Shown: positions 18,253-29,958, counted from the stretch's first letter. The stretch: 51,700 nucleotides of DNA from Bacteroidales bacterium (GCA_021739985.1 JAIPAR010000003.1:1-51700); one strand, 5' to 3'. A program made the numbers and translations. The notes: generated by a model not told the origin, from the sequence alone.

Positions 18253-21200
18253 ATGAAGATTTACCGAGCATCAGCCGGCTCCGGAAAAACCTTTCACCTA
18301 ACACGCGAATACTTGCGCCTGGTGATTAAAAATCCTGAAGATTTCAGGCATATTCTGGCAGTGACTTTTACGAATAAAGCTACCGAGGAGATGAAATCCA
18401 GGATCTTGACTGAGCTTCACAGCTTGTCAACCGGAAAAGCAGGTAATCATTTGGACTTTTTGTGTAAGGATTTGCAAATGGCTCCGGATGAGGTAGCAAA
18501 AAATGCCGGAAAGGCTTTAAATCTCATTCTGTTTAATTATTCTTCCTTTAGCGTTTCTACCATTGATAAGTTCTTTCAACAAATTTTGAGAGCTTTTGCC
18601 TGGGAGTCAGGTTTGTTTGACTCATTATCAATCGAGCTGGATCACAACTTAATTTTAGATGAAGCTATACAAAGGTTGTACACCAAATTGGAAAGTAGTA
18701 AGCGCTTGAAAAAATGGATGCTGGAGTTTTCCAATAATCAAATTACCAAAGGCTCATCCTGGGATATTCGCAAAGGAATCAGGGAATTAGGTCAGGAATT
18801 ATTTAAAGAAGATTTTCAACTTTTCGCCCCGGTGGTATATGCGCTCGCTGAAAACGAGACTGATCTTTCAAATTTCTTAGTCGAATTATATAAGCAGATT
18901 AATTCGTTTGAAAATGAATTAACTGATATTGGAAATAAGGGAATTCGGATGATTCAGGCAGCCGGCCTGAGTGTGAATGATTTTAGCGGAAAAGGAAAAG
19001 GCTTTATTCGATTGTTTCAGAATCTGGTGGATGAAAGGTATGATGTCACCGATACGATGCGTGAAACAGCTTCCAACCCTGAAAAATGGTATTCCAAGAC
19101 TGCTGCTCCTTCGATTAAAGCTGAAATTACCCGGGCTCAGGAAAACGGACTTCTTGATTTATTCAGCAAGGCCATTCAGTTTATTGATGAGGGTCTGCCG
19201 AATTATGTGACTTCTCATGTCATCTTAAGCAATTTCTATTCGCTGGCCATCCTGAATGAATTGGCTCTTTCAATTCGTGAGATTTTACGGGAGAAACAAA
19301 TCTTTTTGATTTCAGATACCAATCGTTTAATCAATGGTTTGATTGATTCCGGTGATAGTCCTTTCATCTTTGAAAAGACAGGCCAGCGGATTCGTCATAT
19401 GATGATTGATGAGTTTCAGGACACCAGCGTCCTGCAATGGAATAATTTTCTTCCCCTGGTGCAAAATTCTCTGAGTGAGCAGAATCAAGTGATGGTGGTG
19501 GGCGATGTGAAACAATCTATTTATCGCTGGAGAAATGGAGATTGGACGATTCTCGCCGACAAGGCGGGCAAGCAATTAGCTGCCTTTAATCCCAGTCTTG
19601 AGCATCTTACACAGAACTGGCGAAGTCGGAAGGAAATCATCGGGTTTAACTCAGCTCTTTTTACCTTCCTGCCGGGTTTAATCGAAGATTTTTATCTGTC
19701 TGAAACAAATGTGGAATTGCAAAAAGGGCTTTCCATTCGGGAAGCATACCAGGATGCTGCTCAGCACTTTCCATCTGTACGAAATTCGGCAGATAGCGGA
19801 TATGTCTCATTTAAACGGATGCCTAAAACAAAGAAAAAAGAGGACCATGCTGCGCTGCTTCCTTTGTTGGTAAAACAGGTTGAAACATTGCAGGATGCGG
19901 GCTACAAGGCGGGAGATATAAGCATACTGACTCGTACTACCGCTGAAGGGCGAGAAGTAGCTGCTTATTTTCTTGAGTATCGCCATGCACTTGCAGCAGA
20001 CAGTCGCTACGTTTTCGACATTCTTTCGGTGGACGCCCTCGAATTGCAAAGCTCCGGATTGATTAATTTCATCGTGGATACGCTAAAGTTCATTGTTAAT
20101 CCCGCTGACCTGATTGCCCGGGTTGCGATGCTGGAATACCTTTGTACCCTTAGGCAGCAAGATTTTCAGCAAGTGCTTGAATCCTATCGATTGGATGAGT
20201 TCCTACAGGCCTTCATACCTGAGTCGGTTGATGAATTTATCCAGTCCCTGCAATTCATGCCCATTGGCGAACTGGTGGCTGAAATTATTCGACTGTTTAA
20301 CTTGAAGCAAATGGAGAAAGAGTGGTTATTTGTAGAAAGTTTTACCGATTGGTTGAATGATGAAAACCAATTACAAGTGCTTTCGATTCAAGATTTGCTC
20401 GAGCGATGGGAATCTAAGGGGAAAAGTGTGAAGATTCAAATGCCGGCCGGCAGCGATGCTATTCGTATTATGACCATCCATAAAGCCAAGGGAATGGAAT
20501 TCGAAGCGGTTCTGATTCCATTCTGTGACTGGGGATTGGATCACTCCTCATCTCATAAGGAAGTTATGTGGTGCCATAGTTCTCAAAAGCCATTCGATGC
20601 TATTCCGGTTTATCCCGTGGTCTATTCCAAACAGTTATTGAATTCGCATTTCAGCTCCTTCTATCTGCAAGAGAAGCTGCAATCTTTTGTCGATAATTTA
20701 AATGTTTTATACGTGGCTTTCACCCGTGCCAAGTCAGCTTTAATCGTTTGGATGCCCGAAACGACTAAGGAATCAGCTTCTCAAATAGCCTCTTTTATTT
20801 GGCCGGCGCTTCAAAGTCCCGGATTTTTGGAAGAATTTGCTTCTGCTGGGTTGATTCCTTTGCAGATAAACGAAAACAGCTTCAGCTTAGGAGTTCTCAA
20901 AGCGCCGGTTGTTGCTCCTAAAGAAGAAGTTAATCATCTGAAAATCAACGATTATCAATTGGAAGCATATAAGCCGGAATTGCTTTTCCAACACTCGTAT
21001 AAAGAGCTGTTCTGGAATGAAGAAACCAATTCAGCACGTGACCTGGGTTTGGTTTATCATGCCGTTTTATCGGCGGTGAAATATGAAGAGGATTTTGAAA
21101 AGAGTGTGCAGCAGGCGCTTAGCGATGGAAGTATGCATGTATCCGAAGCAGCCGGCTTTCTGGAGTTAATGAAGAGTCGCATGGAAAATCCTCAGGCAAA

Positions 21201-21453
21201 GAATTGGTTCTCTCATGCCTGGTCGGTGCGCAATGAAACGGGAATACTGGCTGTCCCGGGGAAAGTTAAAATCCCCGACCGTCTTATGTTTTCTCCTACG
21301 GAAACCATCGTTGTGGATTATAAATTTGGAAGCCCACAGGCAAAGTACAACCGACAAATTGCTGAGTATAAGGAACTATTGAATGAAATGAAGTTTCCGA
21401 ATGTACAGGCATTTATTTGGTATGTAAATGATAATCAGATTATTGAAGTTTAG
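18253..21453 (+). CDS. UvrD/REP-family helicase fused to a C-terminal PD-(D/E)XK (RecB-type) nuclease domain; AddA/RecB-like, with no partner gene nearby
   Basis: 1066 aa. N-terminal Walker A ASAGSGKTFHLT. Helicase motifs include DEFQDTS and VGDVKQSIYRWR. The C-terminal nuclease motif (DRLMFSPTETIVVDYKFGSP...Y) is typical of RecB/AddA nuclease domains. Confidence 0.85.
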   Translation: MKIYRASAGSGKTFHLTREYLRLVIKNPEDFRHILAVTFTNKATEEMKSRILTELHSLSTGKAGNHLDFLCKDLQMAPDEVAKNAGKALNLILFNYSSFSVSTIDKFFQQILRAFAWESGLFDSLSIELDHNLILDEAIQRLYTKLESSKRLKKWMLEFSNNQITKGSSWDIRKGIRELGQELFKEDFQLFAPVVYALAENETDLSNFLVELYKQINSFENELTDIGNKGIRMIQAAGLSVNDFSGKGKGFIRLFQNLVDERYDVTDTMRETASNPEKWYSKTAAPSIKAEITRAQENGLLDLFSKAIQFIDEGLPNYVTSHVILSNFYSLAILNELALSIREILREKQIFLISDTNRLINGLIDSGDSPFIFEKTGQRIRHMMIDEFQDTSVLQWNNFLPLVQNSLSEQNQVMVVGDVKQSIYRWRNGDWTILADKAGKQLAAFNPSLEHLTQNWRSRKEIIGFNSALFTFLPGLIEDFYLSETNVELQKGLSIREAYQDAAQHFPSVRNSADSGYVSFKRMPKTKKKEDHAALLPLLVKQVETLQDAGYKAGDISILTRTTAEGREVAAYFLEYRHALAADSRYVFDILSVDALELQSSGLINFIVDTLKFIVNPADLIARVAMLEYLCTLRQQDFQQVLESYRLDEFLQAFIPESVDEFIQSLQFMPIGELVAEIIRLFNLKQMEKEWLFVESFTDWLNDENQLQVLSIQDLLERWESKGKSVKIQMPAGSDAIRIMTIHKAKGMEFEAVLIPFCDWGLDHSSSHKEVMWCHSSQKPFDAIPVYPVVYSKQLLNSHFSSFYLQEKLQSFVDNLNVLYVAFTRAKSALIVWMPETTKESASQIASFIWPALQSPGFLEEFASAGLIPLQINENSFSLGVLKAPVVAPKEEVNHLKINDYQLEAYKPELLFQHSYKELFWNEETNSARDLGLVYHAVLSAVKYEEDFEKSVQQALSDGSMHVSEAAGFLELMKSRMENPQAKNWFSHAWSVRNETGILAVPGKVKIPDRLMFSPTETIVVDYKFGSPQAKYNRQIAEYKELLNEMKFPNVQAFIWYVNDNQIIEV

Positions 21454-21528
21454 TGATAAGCTGTAAGATTTTTAATGAAGAGGATTTATCGTTCAAAAAT
21501 TTGTATTACATTTGCAACCGCAAAACAT

Positions 21529-21606
21529 GGTGAATGTAGTTCAGTAGGTTAGAACGTTGGATTGTGGTTCCAAAGGTCGCCGGTTCGAATCCGGTCTTTC
21601 ACCCCA
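21529..21606 (+). tRNA. tRNA-His (anticodon GTG) with genomically encoded G(-1) and 3' CCA
   Basis: Manual fold. Acceptor GTGAATG/CTTTCAC has one U-U mismatch. D-arm GTTC...GAAC. Anticodon stem TTGGA/TCCAA with loop TTGTGGT, giving anticodon GTG. T-arm GCCGG-TTCGAAT-CCGGT. An extra 5' G at 21529 pairs with discriminator C21603, which is the hallmark of tRNA-His. CCA is at 21604-21606. Confidence 0.9.
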
Positions 21607-21621
21607 AATAGAATGAAGAAA

Positions 21622-21650
21622 CTCCTCGCCTTAGGCGGGGTTTTTTTTTA
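21622..21650 (+). terminator. probable rho-independent terminator downstream of tRNA-His
   Basis: GC-rich imperfect hairpin ctcctcgcc-ttag-gcgggg followed by T9. Confidence 0.45.
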
Positions 21651-21673
21651 GGTTTTAATGCAAGAAAATAGCC

Positions 21674-22585
21674 ATGGAAAAGACTGCTACCGGACTAAAA
21701 GTATATGCTGCGCTGATAACAGCCGAATTGTTATGGGCTTTATCCTTTGTTTGGTACAAACAAGTACTGGTTTATCTTCCTCCCGTTACATTGGTTTTTT
21801 TCCGTTTGCTAATCGCGGTGACTATTTTAGCTGTTGTGGCTATTTTGATGGGCAAGCTGCAAAAGATGTTGAAAAAAGACCTGCCGGCTTTTATTGCTTT
21901 ATCCTTTTTTCAGCCGTTTGCCTATTTTATGGGTGAAAGCTTTGGAATGCAATATGTTAGCTCAACGGTGGGTGCTGTGGTGATATCAACCATTCCCATT
22001 TTTGCGGCTATTGCAGGATTCTCCATTCTGAAAGAAAGATTTGGAATTGTCAATATGTTGGGGATGATGCTTTCGTTTGCCGGTGTAGGCGTAATTGTTT
22101 TCGAAGGGGCTGCGGATCTTAATTTTAAACCCATAGGTATTTTGTTTTTGTTTGTAGCTGTCCTGGCGGCTGTGGGCTATGGGCTGGTTCTCCTTAAATA
22201 TATTCAGCGGTACAATACTTTTACAGTCATCGTGTATCAGCTTGGATTGGGTATATTCTGGTTCTTACCTTTCTTTCTTATCATGGATTTACCTACTTTA
22301 AGTAGTGCTATTTTTGTTAAAGGGATGTTTATTCCCCTGTTCGAACTCGCTATTTTGTGTTCAGCGGTGGCGTTTATCCTTTATATCTATAGTGTGAGAA
22401 ATGTGGGCATCAGTAGAGCTACCGTGTTTGCCAATCTAATCCCGGTTTTTACAGCAATTTCGGCCTATTTTATTCTGAATGAAATGATTACAATCCAGAA
22501 AATGTTGGGAATCCTGGTAGTTATTGGCGGATTATACCTGTCTCAGCGAAAAGTGCAGCTGCGTAACCAAAATCAATCTAATTAG
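21674..22585 (+). CDS. EamA-family (DMT superfamily) transporter
   Basis: 303 aa, about 10 TM helices with the duplicated EamA pattern. Confidence 0.8.
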   Translation: MEKTATGLKVYAALITAELLWALSFVWYKQVLVYLPPVTLVFFRLLIAVTILAVVAILMGKLQKMLKKDLPAFIALSFFQPFAYFMGESFGMQYVSSTVGAVVISTIPIFAAIAGFSILKERFGIVNMLGMMLSFAGVGVIVFEGAADLNFKPIGILFLFVAVLAAVGYGLVLLKYIQRYNTFTVIVYQLGLGIFWFLPFFLIMDLPTLSSAIFVKGMFIPLFELAILCSAVAFILYIYSVRNVGISRATVFANLIPVFTAISAYFILNEMITIQKMLGILVVIGGLYLSQRKVQLRNQNQSN

Positions 22586-22660
22586 ATTTATCTGAACTTA
22601 CCTTCGTAAGACCAGAATGTTAAAAGACTAAGAGTATCAATCGTAGAAAATTAATACCGT

Positions 22661-23167
22661 ATGAATACTTTTTGGTTTGATGCAGCCAGTCACAAAGCAG
22701 CTGCACTTCAACAGAAAAAGGAAAATCAAAAGCTGGTGCTCCAGCTAAAAAAAATGCCACCCGGTAAGCTGGACCAATTGATTCATGGCTTGCATGAGGA
22801 GGCTTTCAGCGAGATTGATTGCCTGACTTGTGCCAATTGTTGCCGCACACTGGGTCCCCGAATTACTGATCGGGATATTCAGCAACTTGCCAAATTTACA
22901 GGTATTAAAGCCTCTCGATTTATAGACATGTATCTTCGAATTGATGAAGATATGGATTATGTTTTTAAAACGATGCCATGTCCGTTTTTACAGAATGATA
23001 ATTACTGCAGCGTTTATGAAGCCCGCCCCAAAGCCTGCAGAGAATATCCACATACCGACCGGGTTAAATTTCATCAATTGTTGAATCTAAGCCTGAAGAA
23101 TGCAGAAACCTGCCCGGCTGTATTATCTATCTTTGAAAAAGCCAGAGACCCCAAAAAGAGCAAGTAA
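22661..23167 (+). CDS. YkgJ-family cysteine-cluster protein (UPF0153 zinc/iron-chelating domain)
   Basis: 168 aa. CLTCANCC...C...CPFL...C..Y.ARP.ACREYP cysteine pattern typical of the YkgJ/FliB-like family. Confidence 0.7.
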   Translation: MNTFWFDAASHKAAALQQKKENQKLVLQLKKMPPGKLDQLIHGLHEEAFSEIDCLTCANCCRTLGPRITDRDIQQLAKFTGIKASRFIDMYLRIDEDMDYVFKTMPCPFLQNDNYCSVYEARPKACREYPHTDRVKFHQLLNLSLKNAETCPAVLSIFEKARDPKKSK

Positions 23168-23207
23168 GTTGAAAAAAGTAAAACTTCGGAGAAAAATCGC
23201 AAAAAAA

Positions 23208-23240
23208 AACCTGTCACAGCGGACAGGTTTATAATTTTTA
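23208..23240. terminator. bidirectional rho-independent terminator between convergent genes
   Basis: Perfect 9-bp stem aaacctgtc/gacaggttt with loop acagcg. Flanked by an A8 run upstream and a T-rich tail downstream. Confidence 0.55.
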
Positions 23241-23254
23241 TCAGGAAAAGCTTC

Positions 23255-23818
23255 TTATTTGGCCAGGATACTTTCCAGGGTTACATGAAGATTCATCCCA
23301 CGAAGATTTTTATCAATGATAATTCCATCCCCATCAATCAGGAAATTGGAAGGAATGCTGTTGACCCGATAAATGGCGGCACCCTCGGATTGCCAATGTT
23401 TTAAATCGCTTACATGATAAGGCCATTCGAGTGCATCGGCTGTGATAGCTTGTTCCCAACGGGCTTTATCGCGATCGAGAGATACGGAGTAAACCGTGAA
23501 TCCTTTACCGTTTTTGAATTTTTTAGCATGATATTTTTTGTAGGCATCTACCACATTCGGGTTTTCACGCCGACAAGGTCCACACCAGCTTGCCCAAAAA
23601 TCAATCAAAACAACTTGCCCTTTTAAATCGGACAGTTTAATAATTTTTCCATCTGGACCGGGAAAGGCCAATTCGGGGGCTTTATCGCCTATATTAAGAC
23701 CTACCACAGCATCTGCATAGGGATTTGCTTCATGGGTTTCTGTTGAGCCTTTGGTGAAGAATCCGGCCACAATAAACATGGTGATAACCAGAATAGCCGT
23801 AATTTTAAGTATCTTCAT
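23255..23818 (-). CDS. TlpA-like periplasmic thiol-disulfide oxidoreductase (redoxin)
   Basis: 187 aa. N-terminal TM/signal sequence. Active site WASWCGPCRREN. Confidence 0.8.
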   Translation of the reverse strand: MKILKITAILVITMFIVAGFFTKGSTETHEANPYADAVVGLNIGDKAPELAFPGPDGKIIKLSDLKGQVVLIDFWASWCGPCRRENPNVVDAYKKYHAKKFKNGKGFTVYSVSLDRDKARWEQAITADALEWPYHVSDLKHWQSEGAAIYRVNSIPSNFLIDGDGIIIDKNLRGMNLHVTLESILAK

Positions 23819-23916
23819 ATCAGTCTGTTAATTATTTCTAGTATCTTACAATATCTTTAATGTGCAAGGATAAGTATTATTCCTGAACATTCATTTAAGC
23901 GAAATCTTAATTAAGT

Positions 23917-24786
23917 TTAATAATCACCAATCGTTTCTTCCAATTGAGCCAATGCGCGTGATAATTGCTCATCGTTTGGAGCTACTCCATGCCATTCATG
24001 GGTTCCCATCATAAAATCAACACCCATGCCCATTTCGGTGTGCATCAGGATAACGATTGGTTTGCTCTGGCCGCTAAGATTTTTGGCTTTCGTGAGACAG
24101 ATGAGTAATTTTTCCATATCGTTGCCATTGCATTCCAGCACAATCCAGCCGAAAGCTTCCCACTTGGCAGTCAGATTACCCAAGCTTAATACCGAGTCGG
24201 TTGGCCCGTCGATTTGTTTTTTATTGTAATCGACTGCTACAACTAGATTATCGATTTGTTGATGAACGGCAAACATAGCAGCTTCCCAGATTTGACCTTC
24301 CTGAAGCTCACCATCTCCGGTTAAACAATATACTATATGCGGGTCGTTATTCAGTTTTTTAGCTAAAGCTGCGCCGGCAGCAACTGAAACCCCCTGTCCG
24401 AGGGAACCACTGGCAACCCTAATGCCGGGAAGTCCTTCTTCATTGGTAGGATGCCCTTGTAAACGGGAATTAATGGTTCGGAAGGTAGCTAATTCGCTGA
24501 TAGGGAAAAAGCCTGAACGGGCTAACACACTGTACCAAACAGCCGATAAATGTCCGTTGCTTAAAAAGAACATATCTTCATCCTTGCCATCCATTGCGAA
24601 GTTCGCAGGATTAAATTGCATGTGTTGAAAATAAAGTGCCGTAAAAAAATCAGCAGTTCCCAGCGAACCTCCGGGATGCCCGGATGCTTGTGCATGAACC
24701 ATTCTGAGGATATCGCGGCGAACTTGTGTGGCTATTTTTTTTAAGCTTTCTAGTGATGTCATAACTCCCAGTTTTATGGCGGACAA
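23917..24786 (-). CDS. transketolase, N-terminal (TPP-binding) subunit of a split transketolase
   Basis: 289 aa. It covers only the N-terminal thiamine-diphosphate-binding half (GHPGGSLGTADFFTALY...GDGELQEGQIWEAAMFA). No C-terminal subunit is adjacent. Confidence 0.85.
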   Translation of the reverse strand: MSAIKLGVMTSLESLKKIATQVRRDILRMVHAQASGHPGGSLGTADFFTALYFQHMQFNPANFAMDGKDEDMFFLSNGHLSAVWYSVLARSGFFPISELATFRTINSRLQGHPTNEEGLPGIRVASGSLGQGVSVAAGAALAKKLNNDPHIVYCLTGDGELQEGQIWEAAMFAVHQQIDNLVVAVDYNKKQIDGPTDSVLSLGNLTAKWEAFGWIVLECNGNDMEKLLICLTKAKNLSGQSKPIVILMHTEMGMGVDFMMGTHEWHGVAPNDEQLSRALAQLEETIGDY

Positions 24787-24842
24787 AAGTAATCTGAAAA
24801 TTTGATTATTTTTGTCCTTTGTTAAATTTTATACCCTATTAC

Positions 24843-25940
24843 ATGGCTTTACAGTGCGGGATTATTGGGATAACCAATGTTGGAAAAACGACCTTATTCA
24901 ATTGTATATCAAATACAAAAGCGGAAGCAACAGCTTTTGCGTTTAGTACAAACAAATCAAATGTGGGAATGATTTCCGTTCCAGATCCCCGGCTTAGAGC
25001 GCTGGAGAAGTTTCAACCTACGGAAAAGCTGATACCTACATCAGTGGAAATCCTGGATATTCCGGGTCTTACCCGAGGCGCAAACAAAGGGGAAGGCGTT
25101 GGGAATTCCTTTTTGTCGGATATTCGAAATACGGATGCTTTGATTCATGTGGTGAGATGTTTTGATGATGAGAACCTTCCTCACGTGGATGGTTCAGTTA
25201 ATCCGGTACGGGATATTGAAACCATCGATTTGGAGTTGCAAATCAAGGATTTAGAATCGGTGGAACGCAAAATTATGCGTCAGGAGAAATTGGTCAGAGT
25301 AGGGGAAAAGGATGCTAAAAAAGTGCTGGACGTACTCCAGGTGTATAAAGCGCATCTTGAAGATTTCCAGAATGCACGTACAGCGCCTGTTTCGGAAGAA
25401 GATCAGAAGCATGTGGCAGATTTATTTTTGCTAACTATGAAACCGGTGATGTTTGTTTGTAATGTAGATGAAGCAAGTGCCATTACCGGGAACAAATATG
25501 TAGATCAAGTTAGAGCTGCGTATGCCGGAAGAGATGCTGAAATCCTTGTGATTGCAGGTGCATTGGAAGCTGATATTTCGAGTTTGGAAGATGAAGACGA
25601 CAGGCTGGTTTTTCTGCAGGATGCCGGCTTAAGCGAACCGGGTGTTAATAAACTGATTCGTTCAGCCTATTCCTTGCTAGACCTAGAAACTTTCTTCACC
25701 GTTGGACCCAAGGAGATACGTGCCTGGACGATTCATAAAGGGGCTACCGCTCCTCAGGCTGCCGGGGTTATTCATAGCGATTTGGAGCGCGGATTTATTC
25801 GTGCTGAGGTGATGTCGTACGAAGATTTTGTGCATTATGGAAGCGAGCATGCCGTAAAAACAGCCGGCAAGTTCAGAGTAGAGGGTAAAAGCTACCTCGT
25901 AAAAGATGGGGATATTCTGCACATTCGTTTTAATGTCTAG
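24843..25940 (+). CDS. ychF: redox-regulated ATPase YchF (Obg-family GTPase, TGS domain)
   Basis: G1 motif GIIGITNVGKTTLFN and a C-terminal TGS domain. The ORF track begins at a TTG at 24819. I placed the start at the ATG at 24843 (MALQCGIIG...). Confidence 0.85.
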   Translation: MALQCGIIGITNVGKTTLFNCISNTKAEATAFAFSTNKSNVGMISVPDPRLRALEKFQPTEKLIPTSVEILDIPGLTRGANKGEGVGNSFLSDIRNTDALIHVVRCFDDENLPHVDGSVNPVRDIETIDLELQIKDLESVERKIMRQEKLVRVGEKDAKKVLDVLQVYKAHLEDFQNARTAPVSEEDQKHVADLFLLTMKPVMFVCNVDEASAITGNKYVDQVRAAYAGRDAEILVIAGALEADISSLEDEDDRLVFLQDAGLSEPGVNKLIRSAYSLLDLETFFTVGPKEIRAWTIHKGATAPQAAGVIHSDLERGFIRAEVMSYEDFVHYGSEHAVKTAGKFRVEGKSYLVKDGDILHIRFNV

Positions 25941-25944
25941 GTTT

Positions 25945-27630
25945 ATGAAAAAGCGTTTTCTTTTTAGTTTGATAAGCTTGCTGCTTGCCTTTTCGGGAAT
26001 AAGCCAGCAAGGTTTGGAGGAGCGCTTTTCGGCCCGGCAAATCCTCCGGGAGCGCGGCGAAGTATATTTGTCTATTCCTCGCAATCAGGAGTTTTCGATT
26101 TCTGACCTGGCTAATTGTGTTGATATCGATAATGTTTTGAATGATAAGATATTAGCTTATGCAAATGCAGCCGGCTTTGAGCAATTTTTAGCTTTGAATC
26201 CACGCTTTGAAGTGCTGCCGGCACCATCGCTACTTATCAATCATCAAACTAAAAATGAAAATCTGCGAAATAGCTGGGATTATTATCCAAGCTGGCAAGT
26301 ATATCTGGAAATTATGCATGAATTTCCACAAAACTATCCTCAGTACTGTCGGATCGATACGATTGGGTATAGTGAAAGTGGGAAAGAGATTTTAGTGGTA
26401 AGCCTCGCTTCGGATTTAAATTCACAGGAACCAAAGCCTGCGGTATATCTCACCAGTACGATGCATGGCGATGAAACAACCGGCTATGTACTATTAATCC
26501 GGATGATAGATTATCTCTTGTCCTCTTATGGGACGGATGCGGTGGTAAGCGATTTATTGGATAATACTATCGTTTATATCAATCCCTTAGCTAACCCGGA
26601 CGGTGCGTATGCTGGCGGAGACCAATCGGTGAATGGCGCAACCCGGTACAATGCAAATTCTATTGATTTGAACCGAAATTTCCCGGACGCCCAGTTTGGC
26701 AATCATCCGGACAATCATCCCTGGCAGAGCGAAAATTTAGCTCAGATGGAATTTATACTTTCCCATCCTATTCATTTGGCAATGAATATTCACGGAGGCA
26801 CAGAGGTAGTGAATTATCCCTGGGACACCTGGGCACAGCGTCATGCGGATGATGCCTGGTATGAAGCTATTTCGCGCGCTTTTGCGGATACGGTGCATGC
26901 CTATGCCCCGGCTGGATGGGAGTCGTATCTTACGTCCTTTAATAATGGAATTACGCATGGCTATTCCTGGTATTCGCTAACCGGCGGCCGGCAGGATTTT
27001 ATGAATTACTATGCATATGGCCGGGAAGTGACCTACGAAATCAGCAATGTGAAAATGCCGGCCGGCTCATCCTTGCCTGCATTCTGGGAAGCCAACTATC
27101 GGTCCATCTTGCAGTATATGCAGCAGGTTCATAAGGGATTCTCCGGTTTGGTGACCGATGCCGTAACAACTGAGCCCATCCGTGCCAGGATTCAATTGCT
27201 GGATCATGATATAGACCATTCGGAGGTGTATAGTGCTGCTAGCCAAGGATTTTATTCCCGACAAGTTTATGCGGGAACCTATACGCTGGTTTGTTCGGCG
27301 CCCGGTTATTATTCTCAAACTGTGTATGCTCAGCCTATTCAGGCGGATGAACAGCGCATCCTAAACTTTCAATTGGAGCCAATTCCGAATGTGGTTAGTT
27401 CTCACTCTACCACTTTAATGCAGATATATCCAAATCCGGCCCGACATTTTTTCACGCTCCATTTAGCAACCCCAGTGTACGGGTTAAGCGGTCAAATAAT
27501 ATCCTTTGATGGTAAGCTGGTACAAGTGTTTGAGATAGCTGATGCAGAAACAACAGTGCCTGTCAATTTACCTGCCGGTTTGTATGTTGTCCGTGTAGGG
27601 GAATTTCTTGTCCGACTTGCCATTGACTAA
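25945..27630 (+). CDS. M14-family zinc carboxypeptidase with C-terminal T9SS sorting domain
   Basis: Signal peptide MKKRFLFSLISLLLAFSGISQ. The start is the ATG at 25945, 4 bp after the ychF stop. Zn-binding HGDE motif (STMHGDETTG) and NIHGG. C-terminal CTD IYPNPARHFFTLHL...VRLAID. Confidence 0.8.
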   Translation: MKKRFLFSLISLLLAFSGISQQGLEERFSARQILRERGEVYLSIPRNQEFSISDLANCVDIDNVLNDKILAYANAAGFEQFLALNPRFEVLPAPSLLINHQTKNENLRNSWDYYPSWQVYLEIMHEFPQNYPQYCRIDTIGYSESGKEILVVSLASDLNSQEPKPAVYLTSTMHGDETTGYVLLIRMIDYLLSSYGTDAVVSDLLDNTIVYINPLANPDGAYAGGDQSVNGATRYNANSIDLNRNFPDAQFGNHPDNHPWQSENLAQMEFILSHPIHLAMNIHGGTEVVNYPWDTWAQRHADDAWYEAISRAFADTVHAYAPAGWESYLTSFNNGITHGYSWYSLTGGRQDFMNYYAYGREVTYEISNVKMPAGSSLPAFWEANYRSILQYMQQVHKGFSGLVTDAVTTEPIRARIQLLDHDIDHSEVYSAASQGFYSRQVYAGTYTLVCSAPGYYSQTVYAQPIQADEQRILNFQLEPIPNVVSSHSTTLMQIYPNPARHFFTLHLATPVYGLSGQIISFDGKLVQVFEIADAETTVPVNLPAGLYVVRVGEFLVRLAID

Positions 27631-27683
27631 TTAATCCATACTTTAATTTTAATTCTGCGACCTACCTCTTTCCAACGATTGTT

Positions 27684-27872
27684 GATTTGTCCCGAGTCGC
27701 TTCGTTCTCGGGATTTCGCTGCGTTCAATTCAATTGTAGAGGTTTAGATTGTAAAGACGCAAGACTCACAATCATACCTGATTTGCGGGGAGGGAGTTAA
27801 ATAAAATTTCTAGTCTTTCCGAATGGAACGAAGTGTAGTGAGGAATCTCATCAACAAATCAACGAATCAACC
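27684..27872. other. intergenic structured element: imperfect inverted repeat of about 35 bp flanking a core of about 100 bp (candidate small ncRNA or MITE-like element)
   Basis: 27684-27715 (caacgattgttgatttgtcccgagtcgcttcgttctcggg) is largely complementary to 27815-27872 (…ccgaatggaacgaagtg…catcaacaaatcaacgaatcaacc). There is also an internal hairpin cccgag…ctcggg. The element lies between two convergent 3' ends. Confidence 0.3.
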
Positions 27873-27918
27873 ATCTTTGAGTGAGGAACTGCCTGCAAGT
27901 GTCTATTGAAATGCACTA

Positions 27919-29958
<2,040 letters not shown>

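Noticed and set aside
21658-21936. 92-aa ORF overlapping the EamA start in another frame
   Set aside because: The EamA frame gives a coherent 10-TM protein. The alternative frame is Cys/Phe-rich nonsense.
21529-23200. tRNA-His as the attachment site of an integrated island covering EamA and YkgJ
   Set aside because: No integrase or recombinase, and no detectable direct repeat of the tRNA 3' end. The downstream genes are ordinary chromosomal functions.
24819-24842. TTG start giving the MLNFIPYY extension of YchF
   Set aside because: The conserved G1 motif begins right after the ATG at 24843 (MALQCGIIG). The extension is unneeded.
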